In this document: positions 21,811 through 37,000 of the stretch, piece by piece | Layout of the letters: every line of letters starts with the position of its first letter | Numbering within the stretch: position 1 is the stretch's first letter | Source: Laetmonice hystrix | Lineage: Eukaryota | NCBI GenBank assembly: GCA_965235115.1 | Contig: OZ249439.1 | Location: 15,004,001 to 15,068,000 of the forward strand | Length of the DNA: 64,000 bases | Direction of reading: 5' to 3' | The notes under the pieces: generated by a model | What the model was told of the DNA's origin: nothing | Databases searched by the model: none | Seen by the model: the letters and a program-made list of their open reading frames with translations, nothing else | Translations under genes and position numbers: made by a program

Positions 21811-24800
21811 CTAGCAACGAAAAGGTCTGTTAGTTCGGCTCTTAGCAACGGAAACTGCGGTTTGTTCGGCTCTGGTTGTCAACGTAAGCCAGGCGAAACT
21901 CAGAGACGGGTTGTAATACGTACTGCTCAGATTCCTTGCCAGATCATAGCCCTGGCTACCAGGTATCATTGCTTAGATATCATTTGGCATACAGGATAAT
22001 TACAAAACATCGAAAGACAAGGTTTTCTACTTCTTTAAAAAAATTATTACTCCCGACATCTACAATTACAAACATGTGGGGGTCGTGCACCTGATAAATT
22101 CCTTGCGCCTGCGCGCGCGGGGTGTAATGTCGGACTTGGTTTCCGGTAGGAGATACATGAGGTCATCTGGTACATGGTTGAACTGCTGGCCCGGGAGTTC
22201 TAGCAGTCGTTCGATACGCATTATTTCTTGGTCCAGCTGCCATATGGACACATCGACTTATATTAGCCACTGTTAATTGGATCCATTACGCTTAGCGCAA
22301 TTATAAAAACATGCGCAGTAACACATTACTTAATTTAATATATCTGACATGCATATTACCCGCAGCGATTACTGATCACGAATTGAGAACGGAGAGACTT
22401 TGCAAAACGTCGATATGTTCCTGTTAAGTTCGCCCAGGCTCCATTCTGGCCGTTTTAATGCGGGATTGTTTAACAACGACAATCGATACACAATGTTGCA
22501 TGACCGCCAAAGGCGAACGATACAGATTGTGCTGTAAAAAAAGGAGTGTAAATGAGTCAGTGTATACATAAAACAAAAATAGCCGTCTGTATTCCGCGTT
22601 ATTCAGCTCGCTATAGATGTCATTTACCAACAATATATGACCCTGGTCCCTTATAGACTATCCGTGGATTGCATGCGTTCTGCGATACACTCATCATGAA
22701 TACTGTTAGGTGGATGTTGGTGTTTGACAGAGGTGTTTGTTAGAACGGTAAACAACATTCAGATGATACGACCATTATCATGTTCACAGTGAAAGTCTTA
22801 TTACTATATAGCTATTATGGTTCGGGTTATTATGATATCTCCTTGTGTGTTCTCCTTGGACTTATCCTTGGACAATAGGTTCTACCAATGTGTCGTTAAT
22901 TAAAGTGATTGTTTCAAGACTAGTATGGCCTACAATCTATGACCTGCGTACTGGAATGTTGGGACACCATCGTTTACCAATCATTCAGTGCGGGAAATAG
23001 ACCCAAGTGAAAACAATATGATGTTACACTAAGTCAATCAGTATGTCAGCTGGTGTTTCGGTCGACCAATCACAAAAAAACGCTTTCTTTACACAGCGCC
23101 CTCTGTTGCCATTACCTGACACCATGGTCCGTCGGCGACCCGAATCAAACTTACCTCAACCAATTCACGCTTGTATACTCTATTTTGAACTTCCGCGCGA
23201 TAATACAGTTCCTTCTTCTCGTCCACCGCAAACCGTCGCGTGTTGGCCTCTACGGTGAGTCCGGCTGAGGTGATGATCGGGCTACCGTTATGTTTGATGA
23301 TAGCGTATATCTAAAAAAAGAAACCGTTTAAATCACGTGTTACCGTAGGCGATCGATGTGGGTGATGGTGGCGACGCCAGTGGCCACTGCCAGCAACTAC
23401 AAACCATTTTAACCGCTAAAACCATCAATACCCGACAGACACTTCAGGATTCCGACCATTCAAGTTCTGGATACATGCAGACTCGAGATGTCAAATATTG
23501 TCATAACCGTAGAACAGTGAAGATTTCTTTCTGACCAGCCCGATGTAGCCTGGCGCAGGACTTTATATAGCACCACAAATCCAATCAGGAAGCCGCAATA
23601 AAGTTTGATAGGCTGGTGTGTGTCATGTCACCTTCCACAGTTATATCACCTAGCACTCGGCATTAGCCTTCTGTTGGACATGTTAACGACGGCATAACCA
23701 GAGTATCTTTAATCTTCATTATGAAGAGCTGGACAACGCTATTTCGACTCCCACAATCTGTGGCTTATCAGCCGTCCTATTGGTAACGATCCTTTATATG
23801 TCCTTTATCTAACACCCGGTGGAGTATCAATCAATATGGAGGGATGTTTAATACCATTTATATGGGGTCCAGTTGGTAATGTAGCACTTTTTATATTTCA
23901 CTTGTACTGGATGACCTCAGCGGACCGATAGAACAACATGGGTAGCGTCTACTGCATAGGGCTGTGGAGGAGGTTCTGAATTACTGGCGGTCGATCATCG
24001 CCAGGCGGCCATGCTGGCAGAGGGGCGGCAATTTGAAGGATGAGTAAGTCCAGTCGATTGTATGCTCCATCATGGCCGACAGAAATAGTCACGGCTGGTT
24101 GGGTATAGTGTTGATCAGTTAATAGAACATCCTTTATCATCGCACAGTTCGATCCATGGCTACCACCTCTCTCCAACCTCTCCCCACGCTCTAAGTCACA
24201 ACGCTTGGACACAACAGTGGGCCCCCAGCTCTATAACATAACATATCAATAAATCCGAAAATTAACGCCTCTATACAGAAAGTCACTAAGGCATAAAAAC
24301 GTCTGTCTGGTATCTCGAGTGATGCATGCTAACCCTAAAAATTTACGGCTTTAGCATGTCGGGACAGTATTTCCTTACAGACGTAAAGCCCAGACTTATA
24401 GACAGATAGCGGCGCTGTGATTTGCTAATGGTAACAAAAATATGGGTTTGTAACTTTAAAGAAAGGTAAAAGAAATATCCTTACTGATAGCATTTAAACG
24501 CAGCCTACCATATATTGCGAGTATTTTCGGACGCACGTTTTTTAGACCTGATGAAGGAGGAAAGTTGCGGGTTATTAATGTTTAATATTAGCGCCACCTA
24601 GATTTATGGAGGGCAACTAAACTATGGCCGTTATTTTTAGTGTTTGTGCCGCTTTTAGCCAAAATGAAATCGTCCATCTAGCCATCCCCCATAAAATAGT
24701 AGCTTGCTTCAAGGCACGCTGCTCTCAAAAAGACGGAAGTGCCTGTGACAAAGACAAGTGTACCCTTGCTGAGGTACAAGGAAACTAAAACATTTCAACG

Positions 24801-27800
24801 TCATTCACACAGCTCTCAACATCTGAAACTGAGACATAGATGTGTAGTAAAACATTTCAACGTCATTCACACAGCTCTCAACATCTGAAACTGAGACATA
24901 GATGTGTGGTAAAACATTTCAACGTCATTCACACAGCTCTCAACATCTGAAACTGAGACATAGATGTGTGGTAAAACATTTCAACGTCATTCGCACAGCT
25001 CTCAACATCTGAAACTGAGACATAGATGTGTGGTAAAACATTTCAACGTCATTCGCACAGCTCTCAACATCTGAAACTGAGACATAGATGTGTGGTAAAA
25101 CATTTCATCGTCATTCACACAGCTCTCAACATCTGAAACTGAGACATAGATGTGTGGTAAAACATTCCAACGTCATTCACACAGCTCTCAACATCTGAAA
25201 CTGAGACATAGATGTGTGGAAAACATTTGAACGTCATTCACACAGCTCTCAACATCTGAAACTGAGACATAGATGTGTGGTAAAACATTTCAACGTCATT
25301 CACACAGCTCTCAATATCTGCAATTGAGACATAGATGTGTGGTAAAAGACAGGGTGCCATCGACTGGCTTCAAACACCACAATTATTCCAGGCCATTTGG
25401 CGTGTAAAACCATAATGGTAAAACCTCGTTTAGAGTTTTAATATCCTTGTCTCGGTATAATCTTTATTAGGCAACCCTTGGAAAAGCAGTGACGACTCAG
25501 CCCCCCCCCCCCCCCCCAACACACACACACCCCAACCCGTGGATTGCCTGCCATCTGCGGTCGATGACCAGTCAGATATCTCCATGGCCAGCAATGGCAC
25601 AACTCCTCAGTGGAGAGACAGCGGAACACATACTGTTGGAATGTTACCTGAACACCTCAGGGCAATGGGCACGGCGAGGAAAAGATGGGAGAGCTTTGAG
25701 CCGCCTTGTACGACATGACTGGGATGGATCCGACCTAACTATCCCCTGACCTACACATGACAATTCACCCTCAGTCACTGCTCGACTAACAACTTACGGG
25801 GGCAGTCGGTACGTGCCACCAACCACGGACAGCTATCCGCTGACTCGGACTGGAAGCCCTACCGACAACAGATCACCACCTCTGGGACCCACGGCCGTAT
25901 TTTGTGTTGTTTACACGACTGTTCCATCGTAACTCAGCAGGAACAATAAGACGCCGCTTGGTGGCAGCAGCTGTCACATGAGACGATGTGTCGGTTAAGG
26001 TAGCACATCTCTCCCAACGCGACCTGTTTGTCATGTAAACCCTGGCGTACAGATCACCCCACAAATCCCTACTGTCCTCCCCACAACCTCAACCTATGAC
26101 AGACCCTGTTCCTCGCTTATCATCCACCTTAAAGGAAACGAGTGAATATAAATTGATCTAAGAGTATTTGTTGTAGTCTAAAGTGCATCTAGTAATGAAG
26201 AAAGAGGGACGCATGCATGTACTAATACACAGAGTGCATGTGATAGCCATCAAAATGAAACTTCGATGATATATTTTACGTACAACAAATTACATGACAT
26301 GGAGCACTTCTCGACTCATTTCCTGTCCTGTTCCTCCAATATATTCTGTGTAGGAAGAGCAAACTGGGCTCAAAATCCTTCCTAAAATCGATTTGTTATC
26401 CTTTTTTTCAGTTATGATATTATGAAAACTGGCAGTGATATAATGATCTACAGATTATACTAGGATCTCCATGTCATTATACCGTACACAAAACGTTGTT
26501 TATATGAGACGTGACTGCGCAGACATGGAATGCCGAGATGAGTTGCGTATACAGAGAAGTATTTTCCTGAATCCATCCTCGTTTCTTTTTATGATTTCAG
26601 CACCAGTCAGTCATGGACTGTTTTCGACCTCCGGTACCACTGATGTTATACAAATGGTACCACGGAGGGTCTGCGCTAACCGTGTGGTGTAAAATATTAA
26701 CATGGAATGTGCACAGTGCTCTAATATCCTAATAAGAGATCAACGCTATAACCAACAGAAAAATAGTGTCTGCAGGTCGATAACAGATAGAGTAGCAACC
26801 GATCATTTGTCATTGTATGAAACCGTCAGAAGTCGAAATCAACCCATCAATTGGATTATTTGGAGTTTATCTTTGAAGGGGGCTAGATGGAATAAGTCAA
26901 TCAGAAAAAAATAATAGGAATCTGGATTGAGACCTCAAATATGCCCGACAAAAAGGGTCTAAAACTGGATATACATTTGTGATGAGCAGACCGCCACACA
27001 CAATCCTATTTAACTATACTACTAATCGCCTTTCTAGTTATGATCCTCAAACCATGGGTTATTATCGCACCTCAGAAGATTAATATGTAAATAGAATTAA
27101 GCCTCACTGATCTAAGCGATTACCAGGGCTCACTTCACTCCCACCAACAGAGGCGGCAAGCGTCCTGCAAGAGTGCCAAGCTCAGCGTAAAATTGTCTAA
27201 GTTAATTCGTACAATTAATTTGATGAGATCGTATTGAAATTACCGAATAGCTTGGGGACTGTCAGCTCGGACAAAGAAACGAAACATATTTAATTCATAT
27301 TAAGCAGAATCTGGAGGATGAAATGGACGCATTTGGTGCTTTTCAGACTATGGTAATTAACTTAGGGTTACTTGAGTCTAATAAAGTGAAGAGAGTTGGA
27401 GGCGTACCTTGGGTAGGAAGAGGAGACCGAGGAGGCCTGTGGTGGAGAGGATGATGAGGGCCGACACGATGGCGTACGAGAGGGTTGGTTGGTCAGTAAG
27501 GATGGAGGAGAGGGCCACCACCGTCACCGACATCAGCACCACGTTATATATGTTCATGCCGATGTACTGAGAGTCGTTCAACACCGGGATCTTCACATGG
27601 CGCGTCTCCCACGCCATGTAGACACCAAACAATAGGAGCAGACCTTTGTAGGCGTAGAAGGCCCCGAGCCACTTATCTAAGTGTGCTGAATCACACTTGG
27701 CCAACTGTGGGATGTAGAGGAGATCCGTGTCCTCGGCTGACGGCTGGCAAGTACAAATTACCACACTGTACCAAGGGCAGTATTGTAAATTACCACACTG

Positions 27801-30800
27801 TACCAAGGGCAGTATTGTAAATTACCACACTGTACCAAGGGCAGTATTGTAAATTACCATACTGTACCAAGGCAGTATTGTAAATTACCACACTGTACCA
27901 AGGGCAGTATTGTAAATTACCATACTGTACCAAGGGCAGTATTGTAAATTACCACACTGTACCAAGGGCAGTATTGTAAATTACCACTGTACCAAGAGCA
28001 GTATTGTAAATTACCACACTGTACCAAGGGCAGTATTGTAAATTACCACAATGTACGAAGGGCAGTATTGTAAATTACCACTGCCCCAAGGGCAGTTTAT
28101 AACTTATGAGCAATATAATCATAATATATAAAATGTACGAAGAAACTAAGACGAAGTTAGGTGGCAATGAGATCAAAGAGTCCTAATTAAGGTTTTACTT
28201 ATTTATGAGTTTACCTGCATGATAATTATGGAGAGTAAATGTAGGTTTTACTTATGTATGAGTTTGCCTGCATGATAATTATGGAGAGTAAATGTAGGTT
28301 TTACTTATTTATGAGTTTGCCTGCATGATAATTATGGAGAGTAAATGTAGGTTTTAATTATTTATGAGTTTGCCTGCATAATATGGAGAGTAAATGTAGG
28401 TTTTACTTATTTATGAGTTTACCTGCATGATATGGAGAGTAAATATCACTCTCCTTCACACAGTTAATGATCTTCCACCTCCTCACCCTCCAAAACAAAC
28501 AGGATCTCGCCGACAGAATCCTTTGATAACATCCAAAACATCAATTAAGTACGCGAGGATGTCCAGTCTGTGGTACATCACGAAACGTCAACGCCTGCGC
28601 AGTGACGTGCAAATATCACGAGCCAATCAAGGCAGCTCTTGTCGACCCGTCAGACGTCACGTGACCTTAGCGAATATTGTGTCTACCACGTTGGAACCTC
28701 TGCTGGCGGCCTGGGGCCGACCAGAGTAAGTACAGGCAAGCCGCACACATTACAGCTCGTAGTATGTGATTTGGCCAGAGTGAAATGGTTGGCCGCATTG
28801 TATCCATAAACTTTACCGGAGCGTGTGGCATAGATCTATAGTTTTTTCAGCAGATCAGTGCATGCCTAATAACACGCAACAATGATGGTAAACGACCCTG
28901 TCAGGCCGTCAGCCTTGTAACCTGCCTCACAGACCCGCCCATTATCACATACTACTCACAAAGTCGGTTTACTGATGGATATAACATAAGCGGTCCTACT
29001 AAACACCGACACCGGCCTACCAAAACCGACCGAAACCGACCGAACCCGACCTTGGCATATCGAAACCGTTTCGGTTAGGGTTAGGGGTGGTCGGTTTCGG
29101 TATATCGGTAAATTCGCTCGGTTTCGGTGTTTAGTCACAACCATTATAAGGGCACATGGAGCAAGGTAAAACGCCTCATGTCGGGTAATGGCAGTGACGT
29201 CATAAAAATTAGGGATAAAAGATACTAAACTTAACCCTAACCTAACACTCATTATCGCTCATTTTAGTGACGTCACGACCATTCCCCGACTTGTGCCGGT
29301 AAAATTGTTAATTTCCCCAGTGAGAGTCGCCAGTCACCAATAACGTCGGCCTAGCGCTCGGATGCTGGTAGGTTACATAGACCTACGTGTGCCTTACACC
29401 GACTCTAAACGCGTCCCATCCCAGGACGAGTTCACTATCAGGCGGTGATAACCCATCCGTCAGAAACGTGCCGTCTGCACATGTCTCGTACATGGCAAGT
29501 TACGCGATCATCACAGCAAGATGACATCGAACATGAATGGCATTGGTGCATCATAACTTTACACAACTTTCAACTATGAAGATGGTAGTTCAGTTTTACA
29601 CCATATATGTTCAAACAATGAGAACATGTTCATTTTGCTAAGCACTGAGAACGACACAGGCCAAAGTTAGCATAATGGTATTGTAAATTGTGATGAGCCT
29701 TCCATAGCATTATGTTTTTTTCCACGTACAAAAACTTCTTTTAGTTCAAAACATAAATAAACATGTCACTATAAAAAGCAAAATGGTCCTTTCCAGAGGC
29801 AATATGAAATGTTCATTAAAGTGTTATGGTCTTTTATTGCATGTGTCGTAGCAGTTATGTTGCTGACGCGAGGAGGGACAAGGCGCGCGCGGATACAAGT
29901 CTTTCTCCGCCAGCCTTTCACTGGCAGAAGGCTTTGTGGAGAGGTCGCTGCGACTGGCCCGCGGGGCCTTAAATAACCGTTTACACAAATGCTGGTAACA
30001 GCGGTTGGCGCAATAAATAATGTCCATATGGGGCTGCGCATTCCGCCTCTCTCTTGTTCGCTAAATCGCCGTAATAACGTATTAATGCGGTACCGTCAAG
30101 ACGGCCGACCCAACTCAAGGAATGCAACATATCCTTGGATCAGCCAGGTCTTTTAGGAGGGAGAGGGTGCCGTTCAGGGTCATCCCTGAACGACGTTAAA
30201 GTGGTGACCCATTAATCCAGTGGACGATAGAAACTGTCGACAAGACGGCTAAATCAGGCAGACCGGATAAGGTGCCTTAGTCCCAAATGTCACTCCCTTT
30301 GAACGGATATAACGTCCGCTCGGCTCTGTCCACGTGGCCTCGACCGCCACGCGCAGGCGCAGGCGCAGGCGCAGGCGCAGGCGCAGGCGCAGGCGCAGGC
30401 GCTCCAGCTCAGTCGGGTTTTAGCCGTCAGCATATCGACAACAATTACACACGTATTGGCGGTAGAGAGGGGCAATATGTACTGACCACTGAGGTGAAGT
30501 TGCTGACGGAGCGGTGCATGGGGTCGATGACCACCCACAGGGCGATGATGGACACGTCGACAACCAGCAGAGCCACCACAATAAACAGCAACTGCTTGTC
30601 CTTGAGCAACTATGGGCAATAAAGGACATGAAACGTTAGTACAACGTTCAGGTGGTATGTGTGTATGAATGTTACACGTATACAAACTACCTGAAGACAA
30701 TAAGGTCACACTGGTAAGAAAACAAGGTAGTTATAATGTAAGTAGTCACTAGTAAGAAAACAAGGTAGTTATAATGTAAGTAGTCTAGCCACTATCTCCA

Positions 30801-33800
30801 TGATTATCGGTTGGAGATGACTTTTGACATCCTCAGGGGGCGTCCATACCGCCCATCTGAGGGTTGTTTATCTTGTCATGAACGTTTCACGTTAAGTCGA
30901 TGAGTTTGTCATTGAAGTCAGTATGCATCATGTGCAAGGCCCACCACGCATGCGCATCGCCACGAGCTGGCCCTTACCTCAATCTTATGCCTGGATAGCA
31001 CCAATCACATGCAGTACGGCAAAAGTCAAAGTATGTTAGGATCGAGCCAGTAACACGCCACAACCGTTCACTAACCTTACTTTTGACGAGACCAGAGTGA
31101 GCCCTGGTGAAGATCTGATGCACACGATATGTCTTGGTAAACATGGCTCCAAAGGCAAGAGAAAACCCTGCAGCCAATAGGAAGGCTCGTACCTGAAATA
31201 AATATGAGCTCCAGATGCATTATTCTAGATGTTACTTTTATTTACCACAAATGGAACAATAGTGTCAGCAATATGCTGTTAAATTTATGTGTTAGTCCCT
31301 GATTAATGGAGTAATTCTTTTCGACATAACAAAGCAAACAGCAGATTCTTCAAAGATTTTATTGGCGTCGTTTAGAAAAATGCTGAATATGTGTGGGGAG
31401 TAGTTCAGAATTGTGTCAACTGTTGTGAAAGCCTGATTACATGTGATAAGGTAACCGTAGACAGAAACACAATACCCAGAAGCCTCCGTACGGTAAGCAC
31501 TGGCGGCGTACAAAGAGATATTGCCTTTCTGGCAGGGTACGTTCGATGGCCGGTGGTTGCGGCCGAGTAACCCTTTATCTTGAGCTGTACAGGCATGTCT
31601 TGAGGCGTACTTGTATCGTACGCAGGCATCTCTTCCTTGGAGGTGTTCCAGGCAGATAGCTCGTCTGTATACATAATTGTGCGGCAGGCGAGGCGGCCGC
31701 TTGCGCTGATTAGCCCTCCGATGCAGTAATCTGGTGTTATAATCGAGTTGGGACGTCCCACAGCCACATCCAGATAGTGATAATTCAATTGGACCATGCT
31801 TCTCCTCATGGGATAAGGCCCTGGAGAAGTCGTGCCGCAACTTAACATCAAGGTAACTCATAAGCTGAATCATTGGGTGGGAGAGTATGTGTGTGAGGGG
31901 GAGGGACGATGTACCCTACGTGTTGTATAGTATACGCACACATCAACGTGGTTATGGCGCGTCAGGAATTATGGCTACTAACAAACTGACCCCTAAACGT
32001 ATCTCTACGCTGAGACCTCACCGCCCCTTAATCACTCAGCCTATATCCTTCCACCCCCAGGATGAACCTCCCAGGTAAGGCTTCCCCCGCCTACATAATT
32101 CTATTTCATACATGTCCCTGTACACGCAATATACGTTTCAACCATGCCGTTTTCTCAATCGAATCAGATATTAATACGCGGGCTGGCCCCTTTAGTGTGC
32201 AGAAAAATGGATTACTGCAAGCTGTAGCGTACTGCATTATGTAACTGGCTATGGCACATCACATATTACTGCGAGCGGCTATCACAATGGGATCGTTTCT
32301 CGGCCCAGCCTGTGGGGTAATCACAAAAGAGGTTCCTCCAGAATTCTCCTATTGCTCTGAAATCCAATAAGTCCATTTAATCTGTGCCAGCGCTGTGACG
32401 TTTGATACACGCCACTACATGAAGCCTAGTGGGCCCTGGTAGGTCGGGCTTGACGGGCTTGACGGCGGGTATGACGTACACAGGTTCAGGGCCGTCCCAC
32501 CGGCCATGGTCAAGGTACATGTATATAAAGAGCCGTGCAGGCGGTAAGATTCACCATATGGTGCAGGTGAGCACCAAGAACACAAACTCTGTTTTAGAGT
32601 ACGGTTGAAAGATGATCGACACATCTCAATTAGATGACCTATCATAATCTCATTAGGCAACGAATATTAATTCCGAGGTTTGGACATTATCGTCACTGTC
32701 TGTTCACTAACGGGTCATTAAAGAGAAGCGCACGGGAACGATGGAGATAGCGACAATCTAACGGCATCAAATACGGTGGCATCCAATAATCTCCAGAGGA
32801 AAGACGTAATCCCGACCGTTACCGGATGAATACAATTACCGGGAGGAAGAGAAGCCATTCTGTGTCAGTGTATTTGTACGTCACCCATCGACGTCGGTCT
32901 GGGAAAACATCGCATAGAGGCAGCTTAGAAAAGATTAGTACACAATTCTTTATCCTCCTCTTGTGATTTACTCTTGTAAGACAGACAAGCGGAAGAATAC
33001 TATTGAAAAACTCTACCCTACACTTTGACTTTAACTGGCGCCCTTCATGTCTGCTACAAGAGTAGGAAACATGATTCTCGATAAGTTTGGATGATGGCCC
33101 TCGTCCTTCATTTCAGGAGTAAAATTAATTGCATTGCAAGTTGTAATGGGCTTACAAAGTCGTACGTAGCATTGTGTAGTAGCAGGCCCTGTGAACAGTG
33201 TTTGGAGTTGTAGACGCAGGGCTCGTAGGCCTATAGTAGCAGTATAAAGTCGTAGCCGGATTGGTGCCAACTGAAGTGGTTCAGACGGTTTAATGAATTA
33301 GATAAGAACAGAAGGCATTGCTGTAACACTCAATAAATATTCACTGTATATGGTGCCCCACACCCAGATTGACCACATATACGTCCACAGGGCAGTTTTC
33401 ATATCACACCAAGATGGACTAAATTCGTCTATTATCACTCCAACCGATCGACAGAAGTCTAGCGGCTGGAGTCTGGCGATCGTCAAGACGGATGTGACTG
33501 AGGCTCGCCTCTGGGCTTGTCACCCGCCCGCCGCTCACCGCCCGCCGCCCCCGCGTGGGAATGGTGTGGGGGCGGCAGCCCTGAATGGAGTCACAGTACA
33601 GCAAAACTCTACCGACCACGCTGAAACTNNNNNNNNNNNNNNNNNNNNNNNNNNNNNNNNNNNNNNNNNNNNNNNNNNNNNNNNNNNNNNNNNNNNNNNN
33701 NNNNNNNNNNNNNNNNNNNNNNNNNNNNNNNNNNNNNNNNNNNNNNNNNNNNNNNNNNNNNNNNNNNNNNNNNNNNNNNNNNNNNNNNNNNNNNNNNNNN

Positions 33801-34010
33801 NNNNNNNNNNNNNNNNNNNNNNNNNNNNNNNNNNNNNNNNNNNNNNNNNNNNNNNNNNNNNNNNNNNNNNNNNNNNNNNNNNNNNNNNNNNNNNNNNNNN
33901 NNNNNNNNNNNNNNNNNNNNNNNNNNNNNNNNNNNNNNNNNNNNNNNNNNNNNNNNNNNNNNNNNNNNNNNNNNNNNNNNNNNNNNNNNNCTGTTGCTCC
34001 TGCTGTTGCC

Positions 34011-34042
<32 letters not shown>

Positions 34043-37000
34043 GCTAGGGTATATAGACGTAATTCGCCATGATTTTTCATCCAGAACCCTAACTCCCTCC
34101 CCGCGCACCAAGACATTGACAAGAAGGTCTTTCACACCCACGTGTTTGTTTCTCCACCAAGAGCCTGCCTGCCAACCGACTCGCCCTCACAAAGCGGGCA
34201 CTGGTCGTTTAGTATCGCGTTATGTTGGAGGGGCCTACATTAGATTTACAGTACACCTCAGTACCTAAGTTGATTTACTTCACACCATTACCAACAGACC
34301 AGTCAACTGTGGCAATGTGCGGTTTCCAAGAAAAGTCGCCCTTGACCTTTGTGTTGGCGTCTAGGATTCATGTCGAGCCGGCCATGAGAGTCTGGACAAT
34401 CTAATAAGGAACCGAGGTGACCTATATATCCCGGTATCCTCCTGCTCTCTGTGGTTGCCCTGATTCAGGTGAGCTCCTGCATGTCATATAGTGGTCAGCA
34501 TGATTACTAGAGCTCTTGGTGGGCAGTCCGACGTTTAGTTCATTGGTGTCACCGCCATGATTAATGCATGGGGTGGATTGGTCCCTCCTTCCAGAGTAAA
34601 GGGCATGAGCCCAAATACCCTATATACAACACCCTCCCTCAGAACCAACACTGTAACAACCGTTGGTCTCCGAGCTGGTCTTCAGGTTGAATATATTAAT
34701 TTACAACAGTTCCACATTAAGGAGGAGCTCCCACGTTATAGAATATGGTTTAATAATGAACTTATAAACTTCGCAACTTCCTAGACGTTATCGCCAGGGC
34801 GTAAATTCTCGAACAAAACTTTAACCTAGGGAAGTACATTTTTGCTTTCTTTTTTTGAGCAGACAGCAACCGAACAAAGAAAGTTCTACATGACACCAAC
34901 ACTCTCAACGCATTCTCAGAACCGTTCTACTAGAGTTAAAATGACATGGATATTTCATAGTGTGCACGTGAGAAATTATGATACCTCCAACTTCTCAGTT
35001 TTGCTGGGTTTTTTTTTTCTCTCTCTCTCTGTAACATCATTACATCTACCATGCATTATTCGCTCTCCCACTTACTATGGCGCGGTGGTATGTATTATGG
35101 AATGATGATCAATTTTAATGACTCCGCAGACAAATGGGATCTACATGGCTTTTGAAATGCGATGACTTGTTCCGTGATGTCGGGAAGCAGTGAGACGGAA
35201 TCCTTGTAGATGATTAGTCCGATAAAACTTGGCCGTGGTGGACTGGTGGATCCTTGTCCTTTGTATCCGGACAGGATTAAAACGAGACAGACTCGGCGAC
35301 AGACAGCACATTTTACTTAAGATTAACTTCTATTTCTGGGATCGCCGATTGGCTGTATGATTGGATGTCTCAATCCAACCTCTCAACGCCAGACGGGCCC
35401 TCCCCCCCCCCCAACTCTAACACATGACGGGCCCTCCCCCAACTCTAACACATGGATCCCACAGTAGCCATTTGTTCGCTGTCGCTGTATCCTTATCGCC
35501 TGGGTCCTAAAGAAAATCCTTTTAAACTCACGCTAATTACGTCATTAACGTCAAGTTAGAATGCGATGATCCAGTGAGGAGACACTGGTGTGATAGAGAA
35601 TCGGGCGGTAATGTTGACAACGAGAACCACCACGTGATGGCACCAATAGACGCGAGAGTCACCACCCACCCAACATCTCGAAAACTAGAGAGAAAAATCG
35701 GCCGTATCTCAAAGTCGGCCGTAAATCGGTATGTGTACATGGTCTGGATGCAACCAGGTCCCCCACTGTCATGGGTGAACGAATGCTTACGGACAGTCAT
35801 GCAGCTGGCCCAAAGGACAACATTTCATCATGTATGCAAAATAGAGCATGCAGCAAATAAAGCTTTTCCATTATAGTAAAATAATGAGCGTATCAAATGT
35901 TATAACAGTTATAGGAAAAATGCATACATATCAGGACCACGACCACGAGTATATAATGGCATGGTAGGCCTACTAGCAAATACTCAGACAGATAGCATGG
36001 TATGTAAACTCCGCACATACTGTATCTCAGGTCAATGGTATCGCACACTCAGACGGATAACTCTGGATACTCGGCCAGGAAGAAAATCAGATAAATATTC
36101 CCACTGAAACAATTGGTTGTGTCAAATATTTCTCAGCACATGACTGGAAATATCAAAATGTTGTTAATTCTCTCTGGACCCTTTTAAGACGACGTGGGCC
36201 TCCATTACCACAGCGACTGATGACAAGTCTTACAAGAGGTCATGCCCTGCGGATCCTGGGGGTAACAAGTACTGAACCCCTGCCCTGGCCCCTGACCTCT
36301 ACTCGCTCCATTACTTCACAAACCACACCCACGATGTGATTATTTCCCGCCCACTTTGTCCAAACCAACTCTGTAATCTGTGACATCCTGGACTTAGTAC
36401 GGGCAATACGTGCGGACGCTCTTTGAGGACATACCGATGGACAATAATGACGATGGGAACAACTTCCCGTGCAAATGATGGGGATAACTCACCGTACACA
36501 TGATGGGAAAGTATCTGGTGTCCAACGAGGCGTCGTCGAAACCGAGTAAAATGACGGCCACATAGACATGGATACATCCGATGACGGCCACGTTGTTTAA
36601 CTTTGGACTGGACAGTTTGATGTACCTGTGCGAAAACAATCAACTGTTGTATAACTTTGGACTGGACAGTTTGATGTACCTGTGCGAAAACAATCAACTG
36701 TTGTATAACTTTGGACTGGACAGTTTGATGTACCTGTGCGAAAACAATCAACTGTTGTATAACTTTGGACTGGACAGTTTGGTGTACCTGTGCGAAAACA
36801 ATCAACTGTTGTATAACTTTGGACTGGACAGTTTGATGTACCTCTGCGAAAACAATCAACTGTTGTATAACTTTGGACTGGACAGTTTGATGTACCTGTG
36901 AGAAAACAATCAACTGTTGTATAACTTTGGACTGGACAGTTTGATGTACCTGTGAGAAAACAATCAACTGTTGTATAACTTTGGACTAGACAGTGTGATT

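Noticed and set aside
24787-25345. 62-bp array as another junction-derived repeat (contains tttcag acceptor-like sequence on the minus strand)
   Set aside because: All three frames after the putative acceptor stop quickly, and gene B splices 27408 to 23310 in frame without it.
28191-28443. 53-bp array containing gcag|gtaaac as a donor-derived repeat
   Set aside because: A phase-0 upstream exon would hit TGA within about 10 codons; no coding exon is missing there.
31292-31873. 193-aa and 148-aa overlapping minus-strand ORFs in a gene B intron
   Set aside because: No recognisable motif, and not needed for the in-frame gene B model (36493 joins 31192 directly).
33350-34268. Long ORFs including a polyQ stretch
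   Set aside because: They are long only because they cross the 362-N gap; the polyQ is a (CTG)n microsatellite and no domain is recognisable.
36311-36967. 218-aa ORF with IVFAQVHQTVQSKVIQQL repeats
   Set aside because: Off-frame reading of the 54-bp acceptor array and of the real gene B exon.
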